This document shows, piece after piece, positions 23,411 to 35,473 of a DNA stretch of 64,000 nucleotides (positions are counted from its first letter, which is position 1; each line of letters begins with the position of its first letter). The stretch is from Carcharhinus longimanus (Eukaryota): contig JASCQW010000109.1 in NCBI GenBank assembly GCA_030264375.1, positions 37,466,076 to 37,530,075 on the forward strand. Reading direction: 5' to 3'. The notes below the pieces were generated by a model. That model saw only the letters and a program-made list of their open reading frames with translations. It was not told the DNA's origin and made no database searches. The position numbers and the translations under genes are program-made.

Positions 23411-24149
23411 ATACAGTAACATGGTGTCCACGTAATTAAACTAATAATAAAGATAAAAACAGAAAATGCTGGAAAAACTCAGGAATCAAACAGCATCTGT
23501 TGAGATGGAAACAAAGTTAATGGATCCAGGATTTCCTGCCACTTCAGAATGCCAATATCAAGACTGAATGCGGGCTCCAACCCCACATTTGCCAGGTGGC
23601 AGACGGGGTAGGATTCAATATAGGATGGCAATGGTCTCCTGATACCGCCAATTTAATCTGAGGTCCATCAGCTCTCAAAACTCACCACCACCACCAAGAG
23701 ACGTGAGCACTGATAAAGCAGTGAGGCCATGAGGGCATCTTAAAATAGAGGGTCTCTTGGAGGGGTGAAAAAATTAAACCATTTGGATGGGCCAAACAAG
23801 CAGACCCCTCCAATCAGCAGGGAAAATCCATTTGGGCCATGATTGCAGCCTTCGCTTTCAGCAGCCAATTCTTTGGGAGATAGAGGCCAGAAGTTTATGA
23901 GATTATTTCCTAAGTGTCGGGCAGGCATGAAACTGGGAGAGTTCCAGATCTGTTTTATTGGGCGCATCTTCAGTCCCAACCTTATGCATTCTGTCTTTAA
24001 AATTTTGGGTGAGTCCATCTCTCGTTACAGGAGACAGGGATTAACACACCCAACAACCTGTAGAGGGAGGTATTGTGCATGTGCAGATCTCTAATACTGC
24101 ATATACTCATTAACAGGAGCAGGGGTCTGACAGACAAAGGGTGCTGTCA

Positions 24150-24720
24150 GGCCCCTGCTACTGCAGGCAGGCACTCCCGCTCCCCCCCAACCCCACAATT
24201 GCTGGGGCCCACAGCCCAAGATGTAGCCCCCGTCGCTTCCCCACCATCCAGACCGATCACTGATCTCCTTTTCTCACCTATTGCAGGAGAGTGATGGTGG
24301 GCCTGTCCCCACCCCCTCACACACATCCTGCCCCCATTGGGCCCTCCTTCACAGTCCCCATCTCCATTCGATTCCCCCACAAGCCCTGCCCCCATTTGCA
24401 CATCCCCCACAGGCCCACCACATTTAGCCCCATCCATGGGCCCTGCCTTGGCATTGCCTCCATCCACCCACTGGTCCCACCCCACCAGTCCACTTCCTGG
24501 CACTACCCAGTGGGCATTGCCCAGGTGCCAGAGTGGCATTGCCAGTCTGGCACTGCCTAAGGGGAACCCTGCCTTGCCCTCGGCCTCCCTGAGGAGCCTC
24601 AAAGGCCTTTGGTTTCACTGGCGAGGAGAACACAACTGTTCCTCATTCACGGGAAGCAGGTTTTTTCTTCGTCAGACAGAACCTCTCCCGGCGAGGCCAT
24701 AAAGGCAAGCAAGAGTGGAC
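24150..24720. repeat. GC-rich interspersed repeat (internal part of a non-autonomous DNA transposon)
   Basis: TGGCA(C/T)TGCC repeats and C-rich tracts. Its end is similar to 40760-40870. Confidence 0.5.
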
Positions 24721-25519
24721 AATTGAGTGCTGGGCTTGCCAACACACATGGTAAACCCAATTTAAATACATTAAACATGGTATTATATAGATGTCCAGAA
24801 GACATTTTTTTCAAAGATATGAATTTCCCAGTAACTGATGCAAAATATAGCACAAGATTTCACATTTTAAGACTAGAACAAATCGTTATCCACAGCAGTT
24901 AAATATCACTTCATAAATAACTAATAGAATAAACTACAGAAAAGATACTTTCCCCATTAACTAATTAACACAATTGAAAATCCTCCTCTATATTTATACT
25001 GCATGCCAAATTCTCATCAGATGTGTAGCTTTCTGATAAAATCCCAAATTTTTCCTGGCAATTCAACAGATTCACTGCTTGCTATCCCACCAGAAAGAAT
25101 TTTGAGTGTCTTTTTAAAAGTCCCTTCACTTAATCCTCCTAAAGCATTATCAAATTCACATTCAGCAGCAAGGACCTTTTGGTGACTCTTGGATCCTTTA
25201 ATCTCCACTGGACCATCTCGTCAAATAGGGAATCCATTCTTATTCACATTCTGATTGGTGGTTAAAAGCTTTCTTCCCCCAGCTGTTCTCTGCCTGGTGG
25301 AGACTGCAAGTCTGTGTTCAACAAGATCAGCTGTCCTCCTTTTAGGTGAGCGATCTGGTACTTGTGCCTGTCTCTGGGCACATTTTGGCATGATTACATT
25401 CCTCTACTCCAGGACATTCTGCTTAACTTTAAATGAAAAAAGACTATTTGCATTTGCATCTGAAAGTCTTGCACTTACAGTGGATCTTACCAAATTATTA
25501 CAAGAGACTTGCAATTAAC

Positions 25520-26015
25520 ATTGAAGCTTATAGAATTGAAGGCAAACTATTGACTTAGCTAGCAGCTACAGGAGGAATAATAGGCACTCTAAAAGGAAGT
25601 ATGTGACAGTACATAGGGCCTCAACTATTCACCATATTTGTTAACGATTTATAGATATAGCAGAGACCCACACATCCAGTTTGTCAATGGCATAAAGATA
25701 GGGGGAAAACAGAAAATTACAAAGAGGTCATAATAGATTAATTGAATGGGCAAAATTGTGCCAAACTAACTTGTAAACAAATGTGGACCCAAACAAGATG
25801 CATGTTTAAGTGGTGAGAAGTTGGGAACTGCGAAGCTCTAAGGAAACTTTATGGTGCATGCAACTAAAATGTCATGGGCCTGTACAGAAAGAAAAATCAC
25901 AAAAGGCTAATGGAAAGCTTGCCTTTGTATCTAGAGAACAGAAATACAAGAGATAGAAGTGATCCTAAAGCTCTACAAAGCCCCAGCTAGGCTCCTGGAG
26001 TACTATGAGCAGTGC
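25520..26015 (+). mobile_element. Decayed CR1 RT fragment
   Basis: GPQLFTIFVNDL and LKLYKAP remnants. Confidence 0.7.
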
Positions 26016-26539
26016 AATACACCTGATGGGTCCTAAGGGCCACTTCTCTCTACTGAAGACAAGATATCAGAATATGTTAATGAGAGAATAAAGATCAGTG
26101 CTCGGTGAAAGTAAAACTTAGGAATGTGACAAATGGCTTGGTTTTGTTTTGGAGGGGGCAAATAAAATTGAATAAAGACTCAAGGTGAAGGACAAAGGAA
26201 AATGTCTAAAACTTCTACCTTCATGTAACCACTAGCATCTTCGTCAACCATTAAGTTCCTCTGTCTTGTGCCATCATCTTTGTTGCAATCTCTCCTAATT
26301 CCCACCACTGATCTACCCTGCTTCAGCTGGTAATCCACTACATTCCCCCTTTAACACTGAAGACTCATACAAACTCAAAATATTATCTCTATTTTCTCCA
26401 GAGACCCAAGTTTTTCTAGCATTTTGCTTTTGTATCAGATTCCTTTTGAAAGTTGGCATTCTTGCATTTGTCCTGATCAGTGCAAGATGAAAAGTTTCAG
26501 CAATATTTCTCTTTTCACCTGTGTTCAAGTTCTGCAATA

Positions 26540-27980
26540 CCGAGTGACAGCTATCCAAATCAGTCCCATTCTCCTACTCTTCCCTCATAACCCTGTATTT
26601 CTTTCCTTGTCTATAGATACAAAATTCCCTTTTGGAAAATCATCATTGAATCAGCATCCACCATTTTATCATCCCAGCAGTGCATTCTAGGTAGTCATAA
26701 CTCAATCATTTTTAAAAATTTTCATGGTCCCTCTTGCTTTTCTCCAATTATTTTAGATTTGTGTTCTCCGGTTCTTGAATCCCTACCAGTGGCAACAGTT
26801 TGTCCTCTATTTAGTCTATCAAAATCTTTAAAACTTTGAACATCTGTTAAATTTCCCCTAAGTTTTCTCTACTTTAGGTAGAACAATCTCAGCTTTTCTA
26901 GTCACTCATCCATAGGTATGATTCTAGCTAATCTTTTTTTTTCCCACATCACTGTACATTCCAATAAATCACTTCTATGCCCTCTCCATGGTCTTAACAT
27001 TGATTCCATTATACCCAGGTTTGGGCACAAATCTTGAACTAAAGCTCTAGGCAGCCAAAGGCACAGCCACAATGGTGAAGTGATTAAAATTAAAGATGTA
27101 CAACAGTTTGATTAACTATGAAGTTAAACACAAGAAAAAGTGAAAAAAAACAATATTTCAGTGGTGTTTACATTTTGGGGCAGGAAACAGATGAGATCAG
27201 ACAAACATAGCAAAGGGATTGGGCCATATGGCTCCATTTTGTCATTCAATGAAATCATTGCGGATTTGAAACCTAAATGATCATCATAACCAATAGTTAT
27301 AGGGGAAAAATTATCAAAAGTCTACTGAACTCATTTTAAATTAACAATTGGTCTAGAATAAATTGTTGTTTGTGGAATACAGTCTCAAATTTCTACCACC
27401 CTTCCTGTGTAGCTTTCCCTAATATTACTCCTGAAAAGGTCTGGCTTTACGGTTTAGCCTATGAGCCCAGTCCCAGACTCTGCAGACAGTAGAGAAAAAA
27501 ATAGTTTAACTTGATCCACCCAGGTCACCTTATTTACTTGAAAATTTTGATCAAAATAACCATCTAAATTCTAGGGACTACAATCCCTGCTTATCTCATC
27601 ACAATTTAAACCTTTGAACCCAGATATCATTTTCATAATTCAATGCTACACTCCCTGTAAGTTCACAATATTCTTCCTAAGATGCGGTGCTCAGAACGGC
27701 TCATAATACTCCAAGAATGCTCGAGCAAAGGCTTTACATAACTTCTATCCCTTGTTTCCTAGTCCTAAAAGCCAGGATACTTTTAGCCTCTTGATTATTT
27801 TCTGTACCACTTCAAGACATTTAATTGTATATTTACTTAGCCCACAATATCCCTATGGACCTCCATCATTTTTAGATTTTGACAATTTAGAAAGTACTCT
27901 GATCTATCCTAGTGAAATCCAAAGTGGTTAACCTCACATTTGCCTGCACTGAAATCCATTTGCCACTGCTTTGCCCAGAT
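26540..27980 (-). mobile_element. Two decayed CR1 3' fragments
   Basis: Reverse-complement CR1 3'UTR and RT-end motifs (e.g. LEYYEPF*APHLRKNI near 27670-27715). Confidence 0.6.
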
Positions 27981-28461
27981 ATTAAGGATTTACTCCTCCC
28001 AGCTGAAGTGTAATACAAATGTTTAGTACTAGGAATTGATATCTCATGAGGCCAGCCACTTTAAAAGTTCAAAGGTCCAATGGATTTGTTCATGCCAAAG
28101 GTGGATGATAAAACTGTAGTAACAAAATAACTTCTTAGCTAGCTGAATTCACCAATTTCCAACTCCATTATTAAGTGGAGCTCCGATCAGCTTTTTGCAC
28201 TTTTACCAAATCTGGGGGGCAGTCACAAAATGAAGATAATTGCCAGATTCAAGATCAACACTGGCAGAAGTTTCCACTTCCCAATTGTCGCTTACTCAGT
28301 CAATTATAAAGGTGAAAGAAAATTCATTCTAATGATGACAACAAATGGTCAGCATCAGTTGCCTAGTGTAGCTATTCATGGCTGATATTGCAACTGTTGG
28401 GGACTTGAGTAGATTTTATACATCTAAACCCACCAATTAGATATCAGCTCTCCTTTTTTGA

Positions 28462-28755
28462 ATTACAGAATCCTTACAGTGCAGAAGGCCATTCACTAAC
28501 AACAATCCCCCCCCCCAGGCCCTATCCCCATTACCCCACATATTTACCCTGCTCATGCCCCTGACATTAAAGGATCAATTTAGCATGGCTAATCAACTTA
28601 ACCCAATCAGTTCTGGAGTGTGGAAGGAAACACTCCAGGTGTTCCTGGAGGAAATCCACACAGACACAGGGAGAGCATGCAAACTCCACACAGTCACCCA
28701 AGATCAGAATTGAACCCGAGTCCCTGACACTGAGGCAGCAGTGCTAAACACTGTT
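28462..28755 (-). mobile_element. Near full-length HE1 SINE
   Basis: On the minus strand: tRNA head AGTGTTTAGCACTGCTGCCTCA, B-box GGTTCAATTC, core GGAGTTTGCATGCTCTCCC, and tail TCTGCACTGTAAGGATTCT. Confidence 0.9.
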
Positions 28756-30153
28756 ATCCCAGCTTTTCTACAGCTTTGATAAATACACATTTTTGGTAAC
28801 GATTTTTAAAAAAAAGCTCATCAGAAGTCAAATAGCTTTTACTGACAAAATTATCACCATTGAAAAATAATTTTAATTCGCATCTACAAAGTCTCAAAAT
28901 TGTGAAGTTTGATATTTTACAATGCTTATAAATTGGTCATACTTGTTTACAGTCTTCTCAGAATACACAATGATTCAACTAAGAAAATTATACTGGGTTT
29001 ATTCCACTTAAATTTATATTTTACAGCATGCAATTTCACAATCATTTATTTAACTGATTTCAATAAATCTAACTCCAATTGTGTACATTAAATAATACCA
29101 ACATATGCAATTCATTTACAAGTGTCAGATCTGGGGCCATATTTAAAAAATACTGATGCAACTAATATAAAGTTAATTTGCATTCTGCACGGTCATTTGT
29201 GAATGGGGCTTCTGGATATTTAAAAGAAACTCTAATTATTGTTTTTGTTAATTTTAAAGAGAGTAAAGATCTTTGTTCTTTCTTTATCTTTATTCAAAAT
29301 ATCACAATTATTTTTACTTAGATATTCTGTTTTTAAGCATTTTACTCAGCAACAGAAAGCCAGAAAAAGTACTGACTTTGAACTTTCTGGAATATAATGA
29401 ATTAGAATCTCTGTTCAAAACTACCCATCCTTCAATTGGTACTTCAGCACTACTTCATAGTGCAAACCTACTTTATGGCAAAAAACTTAAAACATCTGAT
29501 TTATGCAACACTTTTTAAGTTTCAGATATGGTAATTTCATCACATCTGTGGTGATAATCCAAATGCTTAAATTGACAAAAGGCTGGAATAGAGTACATTA
29601 TTAATGATACACTGCACTGTAACATTGCACTATAATCACAACTTCTTTTGATAGAAGCTACTTCAGTTAAGAGAGGCCATCCAAATTATTGTTTCAGAAT
29701 TAACAGAATATATAAAAATGTCTATAAAAATGAAAATACCTTTGAGCCACCACCGACTAAATCTCCCTATAGTTGGCAAGTGATACGTGCTACAAACCCA
29801 CACAACTTATGTTGAAAATGTTCAAGTTTAACACCAAGACTAGATCTGGAGTGACAAACAGAGTTAGAGGAATTAATTAAAATGATCTATTCTGGTTGTA
29901 AGGAAATGAATGTACCTCATGTTCAAGTCGAAAAGAAGAATAATCGCAAAATTAATGCTCACTACGAAAAATAAATTTAGCCAATGATCCCATACAACAC
30001 AGTCATGGCTTCTCCTTCAGAACCACCCTAAATGAATGGAAACATTTTTAAAAATGCATTCAGGTTTCAAGTATTTTTGTTTCTGATATTAAATCTAACA
30101 GTTTTAAAATATTCTTCACTGATTTTATTCCAGGTTTTGTGATACAATTGTTG

Positions 30154-30278
30154 TCATCCTCTCCTTTGAAGTTCAACAATTCTGGACAATTTTTCACAGT
30201 TCTCTGTCTTAAGAGATTCAGCTTTCTGCTTCAGGCGCTCATCCCTGTATAAAGTGGCCAAATTCTGCAGATCAGTTT
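30154..30278 (-). CDS. DNAJC18: DNAJC18 exon 8 (last coding exon)
   Basis: Acceptor TTTTTTTGCAG|. Encodes (K)[40 protein letters not shown]. 125 nt. Matches the DNAJC18-specific C-terminus. Confidence 0.95.
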
Positions 30279-30729
30279 CTGCAAAAAAAGATGAAACATA
30301 TGAGTAATATCTGTGGTGCAAAAGAATATAAGTACAGAATAAGTTGACTATAATGAAAGATTTCTCTGTAGGACTAGAATAAACCAGAGTATACTGCCTG
30401 GGTGGTAATGAGTACTAATAACTAATGCTAATACAAACATGGTAATGAATTGGCATGGATTGATAGCTGTGAGCTCAGCCCAAGTACAAGAGAACAATTT
30501 GTTTTGCACTTCTTTTTATAGGAGCCATCTGAGTTTAGAGGAGGAGGAATAAGACGATCCAGACTATTGTTTCACAACTAACAGAATATAGATAGTTAAG
30601 TACAGAGGTTAAGGAACACATTGTCCACTGATCTACACCAATAGTTATGTCAGGGATTGAAACAAAATTTTAAATTGTGCTACATTTAATCAGGCCTTCT
30701 ACCCTAATATCACAGAAGGTTTACTGTTT

Positions 30730-31660
30730 ATAAAAATCTTCATGGGATGCGAGTATTGCTGGCAAGGCCAGCAAGTGTTGCCCATGTTGTAATGGTGAGC
30801 CACCATCTTGAACTGCTGCAGCCCATCTGGTTTGGTAGACTCACAGTGCAATTAAGGGAGTTCCAAAACTTGAGCCCAGCTTCAGTGATTTGAGCAGTGA
30901 ATTAGACCCAAGTCAGGATGGTGAGAGACTTGGAGGAGAACTTGCAGGGGGTGACGTGCCAATGGTTCTGCTTCCATTGTCCTTCTAGTCCTGGAGTCTT
31001 GCATATTGGGTTTTCTCCGGGTGCTCTGGTTTCCTCCCACAGTCCAAAGATGTGTAGGTTAGGTTGATTGGCCATGATAAAATTGTCCCTCAGTGTACTA
31101 GAATTCTTAGGTTAGAGGGATTAGTGGGTAAAACATGTAGGGATATGGGAGTAGGGCCTGGGTGGGATTGTGGTCGGTGCAGACTCGATGGGCCGAAGGG
31201 CCTCCCTCTACATTGTAGGGATTCTATGAGATTGAAGGTAAAGGAGCCTCAGCGAATTGCTGCAAACTGTAGATGGTACATACTAATGTCATTATATTAG
31301 TGGTTGAGGGAGTGAACACTTAAAGTGGTGAGTAGGGTACTGACTAAGAGGGCTAATTTGTCTTTAAGGGTGTTGAGTTTCTGGAATGATTTTGGAACTG
31401 CACTCAGGCAAGTTGGCATTATTCCCTCATATTTCTGATTTGTGCATTGCTTCAGGGAGTCAGGAGATGCTCTCTGCTGAACTCGGCCTCTGACCTCTTG
31501 TAGAAACAACTACGACTGGTGTGGTTATGTCTAGTCAATTGCAATCTTCGGGATCTTGTTGGTGGGGATTTCAGTAATAGGAATGTTGTTGAACCTCAAG
31601 AGGAGATGGTTTGACAGCCTTTTGTTGATGATCATTACATGGCACTTCTGTGGCACAAAG
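30730..31660 (-). mobile_element. CR1-clade LINE 3' portion (second subfamily) with a nested HE1
   Basis: Reverse complement of the 7245-8535 family (TTCATGGGATGCGAGTATTGCTGGCAAGGCCAGCA..., GGTGAGCCACCATCTTGAAC). Confidence 0.7.
30992..31230 (+). mobile_element. HE1 SINE, 5'-truncated
   Basis: CTCCGGGTGCTCTGGTTTCCTCCCACAGTCCAAAGATG core and tail GATGGGCCGAAGGGCCTCC...GTAGGGATTCTATG. Confidence 0.9.
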
Positions 31661-32004
31661 ATCTGCCATGAAGTGAATGATACTTCAACAGTTTATGCTA
31701 GCAGAGCCACTTTCAACCGATAGATTGTGATCCTGTATTTTTACCAACGGTAACAGAGCTCCCTCACCTGGTTCAGCTTGGTATACACATATTGTTCTTT
31801 ATCTGAAAGCATTCAACATACAAAACCTATTACAGTTTAAAATGTAAAATTCTATCTCCAAATGCCTTCACTTGCAGTCAGCCAGCCAGAGGGATTACCT
31901 CTGTAGATCTGGCTGTCTCTGGATTTTAAAAAATGTCATAATACAAAAAATGCAATTAAGTTTTTCTTTCATTAGTAAATCAAGTCTTTTAAATGTATAC
32001 TTAC

Positions 32005-32177
32005 TTTGCTGTTTTTCTTTCCGGCAGCTACTTTGAAGGTGATCAATGTAGTCCTTCTCAATATTATTTTCCATGTTTTGCAGTGCTATGCCTTGATAGT
32101 CCTTCTCAAATCCTTTGTCAACAAAATATTCTACTTTTAAGCGTTCAGTTTCTCTGGACAAAATATGGCCCAATGAC
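32005..32177 (-). CDS. DNAJC18: DNAJC18 exon 7 (lumenal DUF1977)
   Basis: TTCAG| ... |GTAAGT. 173 nt. Encodes SLGHILSRETERLKVEYFVDKGFEKDYQGIALQNMENNIEKDYIDHLQSSCRKEKQQ. Confidence 0.95.
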
Positions 32178-32561
32178 CTGAATAATTAGAACAGGTGTTT
32201 TAAACAGTTGGCTGCTGCTTGGATTCTATAGACCAATGCACAAAGAGCTAATTTTGCTGTGCAAGTAAAACATCTATGGTACAATCCTTATTTATGATTA
32301 ATCCAAGAATTAATAAGATGTACAACAATGTCACATTTCCTAGTTCTTATGGTTGGCAATTTTATGTTGTGCTTTTCAAGCAAGCCAACTGCTGGATCTG
32401 CTGTCTAAAAATGCATCTGCACTGGGATTTTTTTTGTACGTAATTGCACAATAGCATATACTGTGTGGCATTTTTTATTAAGGCCAGCACTCTAACGATC
32501 AGCAAGATTTTTTCATTCTAAGTTTACCCGTACCCAGCTTTCAAAAGCAATTTCTCAGCAT

Positions 32562-32826
32562 GAGAAGTTTGCACATTGTCCCTGTGTCTGCACTGGTTTC
32601 CTCCAGGTGCTCCAGTTTCGTCCCACAGTCCAAAGATGTGAAAGTTAGATGGATTGGCTATGCACAATTATCCCTTAATGTCCAAAGATGTATAAATTAG
32701 AGGGATTAACAAGGTAAATGTGTGGTGTTACGGGGATAGGGCCTGAATAAGATGCTCTGTTGCAGAGTCAGTTCAGACTCGATGGGCCGAATGACCTTCT
32801 TCTGCACTGTAGGGAATCTATGATAT
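32562..32826 (+). mobile_element. HE1 SINE, 5'-truncated
   Basis: GTTTGCACATTGTCCCTGTGTCTGC...CCCACAGTCCAAAGATG...GATGGGCCGAATGACCTTCTTCTGCACTGTAGGG. Confidence 0.9.
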
Positions 32827-33284
32827 TTTCCAGATCCCGCATTGTAATTAATATGCAATTCTGCCCTCTTGTAGTTGTACAACTATAAAAATGAATTATT
32901 AATTCATACATGTTAACAAGTTATGTTTTAATTTAGAGTGTTGTCACTTAACTAGAGAAATCCTATCTCCCTTCCACCACCAACCTTCTCGTCTTCAGGC
33001 ACATTAAAAAAGCATTTTACAAGCACATCCAGTCCTCCTGTCGACATTGTATCAACTGAGAAAATCATTGCTGGGAATAACTGAGTGACTGATGGACGGG
33101 TTCATCACAGCTAAAGCTCATCCTATTCCAGATGTTTGTACACATCTACTTTGAGGGTACGATTCTGGATAGCACTTAGAAAAAGGAAGCTTGAGTGATT
33201 AATTTGTCCCCTCTTGCCTCAAGAATTTGTGCCAATTGCAGCCAGGCTTCCTTTGTAACTTTGCGTAAATAAAGGAAATAAATT

Positions 33285-33600
33285 ATATTTACATAGAGCC
33301 TTTTACATTCTCAGAAAATTCTGAAGTACTTCAAGAAAATGAATTTTTGCACAGTTCATCACAATTGCTTTGTAAGTGGACATAACTAATTTCAAACAAT
33401 GTCCCACAAACAATATGATGTAAATAACAAATTAATTTTGCGTTATTAGTTAAGGAGTGAATATTGATGGAACATAGGGAGACGGTCCAGGTCTCCTTTG
33501 AAAAAGACTCCACCTGAGCAGACAGAAGGTCCCTGACTTATGATTTCATGCAAAAGATAGCTATATGCGTAGTGAGGTGCTGGTAAAGGTGCATACTGCA
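33285..33600 (-). mobile_element. Decayed Deu-domain SINE
   Basis: Reverse Deu-like CCACCTGAGCAGACAGAAGG...TTTCATGCAAAAGATAGC and tail ATTTACATAGAGCCTTT. Confidence 0.45.
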
Positions 33601-34018
33601 CCTTTTTATATTTATGGTTTTTCAATGAAGTAGAACGTATTCTAAGAGAAATGGAATAGTTTTATCCCAAAACACGTGAATCAATCTATTAATGTAAATT
33701 GCACTTAACTTTGAATCATTGACATATGGGTCGATAATGCAAGACCCAATGTTGGGCAAATCTGCTCACTAAACAAACAATTCAAATAAAGTTGTTAGCA
33801 CTGAACTATTTACCAGTAGCATGGTTAAAAAGTCACTTCTTACGCAATGTCTTTAAAAGGATTCCATACATTTCTTACATCCAATTTCAATTTAAAAATC
33901 ATGGCCATATAGTCCAATTCTTCCCAATTCAATTTCTTTCTACATTTGGGTGAAAATGTATCAAACTGATTGAAGAAAAAGGTTTAGTACATTAACATTT
34001 TAAAAACATTGAACTTAC

Positions 34019-34128
34019 TGTTTGTAGTGAAGGCTGTAAGGAGGATTGGTCACTGACAACTGGGCTACAAGTGATACAAGTACTAATATAAAAACCGGCA
34101 ACAGCTGCAAAAATATTGAATAGTTTCC
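34019..34128 (-). CDS. DNAJC18: DNAJC18 exon 6 (transmembrane segment)
   Basis: TTGCAG| ... |GTAAGT. 110 nt. Encodes GNYSIFLQLLPVFILVLVSLVAQLSVTNPPYSLHYK. Confidence 0.95.
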
Positions 34129-34565
34129 CTGCAAGATGTGCAAAAAAAGAAAGTAGTTAGTTAAGGAATCTAATTGACATAAATCACAATGGCTGAAATC
34201 TTGTTTTCAGCATTTTCTTAATCCCAATGGCATAATATTGTTTCTCAGCAACTAACTCCTTTGCTTAGTCATTATGTACACTACATCTCAATTCCCTGTT
34301 CTCCATAAATCATGCTTTATCAGCAAAGATCCTTTTACTAATGCAGCTATGCTTTTAAAAAATACATAAATCACAGACTGGTTATTTAGAGTGGAGACCT
34401 TTCTGTAATCACCCTGTTTATTATGTGTTACAAAATAAAAGACCTCAACTCCCCAGTTCTTCTGCACATAAAAGGTCATATGATTTATGACAATAGATTT
34501 TTCATCAACACTGTCCTTAACTGGATGGTATTCAGATTCAAGTAAAGAGGTAAAATCATACGGCT

Positions 34566-35012
34566 ATAAGAACATATAAAAAATAGGAGCAGGAGTAGGC
34601 CATCTAGCCCTTCGAGCCTGCCCCGCCATTCAATAAGATCATGGCTGATCNNNNNNNNNNNNNNNNNNNNNNNNNNNNNNNNNNNNNNNNNNNNNNNNNN
34701 NNNNNNNNNNNNNNNNNNNNNNNNNNNNNNNNNNNNNNNNNNNNNNNNNNGCTTCGTGCATTCAGATAAAGTGCCTTCATCCCAGCCTTCACCTGGACCC
34801 TATCTGATGTAACGCCACCAACCATACCCACGCCCCCTACTCCCTTTATTATTGGGACATTCTCGGCCTCTACCCTTACCTGTACCGTTTCCTTCACTTT
34901 AGACCCCGTAATGTCACCTACCCTTGCACTCTCCCCCCCCTAATTAGTTTAAAGCCCTGTCTACAGCCCTCTTTACTCAATTCGCCAGCACTCTGGTCCC
35001 AGCACGGTTCAG
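34566..35012 (-). mobile_element. CR1 LINE whose 3' tail and ORF1/ORF2 junction flank an assembly gap
   Basis: Tail AAATAGGAGCAGGAGTAGGCC...GATCATGGCTGATC lies left of the gap. The ORF2 start MKALYLNARS lies right of it. The 100-N gap probably hides kilobases of ORF2. Confidence 0.8.
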
Positions 35013-35363
35013 ACCATTTTACCACAGATTTGAACACACAAAATACATCCAACTGGAGAGGTTTGACCATCAATTACTTTTTATTCTTCCACGGGATATG
35101 GGCATAGCTGGCTAGGGCCAGCATTTATTTCTCATTCCCAATTGCCATAAGGAAAGTGGTGGTGAGACGGCTTCTTGGACCGCTGCAATCTATGAGGTTC
35201 AAGTATACCCACCGTATTGTTAGAAAGGGAGTTCTGGGACTCTGACTTGAAGGAACCTCAATCTAGTTCCAAGTCAGTATAAGGTGGTTTGGAGGCAAAC
35301 TTGCAGGTGGTGGTGTTCCCATACATCTATCTCACATCATACCTCAGAAATATTAATGTCTAC

Positions 35364-35473
35364 CTGAGTTTGTTCCTCTTGTTCTTCTTCCTCCACCATG
35401 TCATTCATACGCCGGCGCCGACGGTAAACGTGGGTATATGTTGTTCTTCCATTTGTATAGGCATGAATATTAC
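35364..35473 (-). CDS. DNAJC18: DNAJC18 exon 5
   Basis: TTTGACCAG| ... CAG|GTAGAC. 110 nt. Encodes GNIHAYTNGRTTYTHVYRRRRMNDMVEEEEQEEQTQ, with the YRRR and poly-E typical of DNAJC18. Confidence 0.93.

Noticed and set aside
24147-24702. Overlapping Pro/Gly-rich ORFs up to 151 aa
   Set aside because: A GC-rich repeat depleted of stop codons in all frames.
28690-28755. tRNA-like A/B boxes (also ~39600-39666, ~8080-8160, ~20180-20210)
   Set aside because: These are SINE heads and show no complete cloverleaf.
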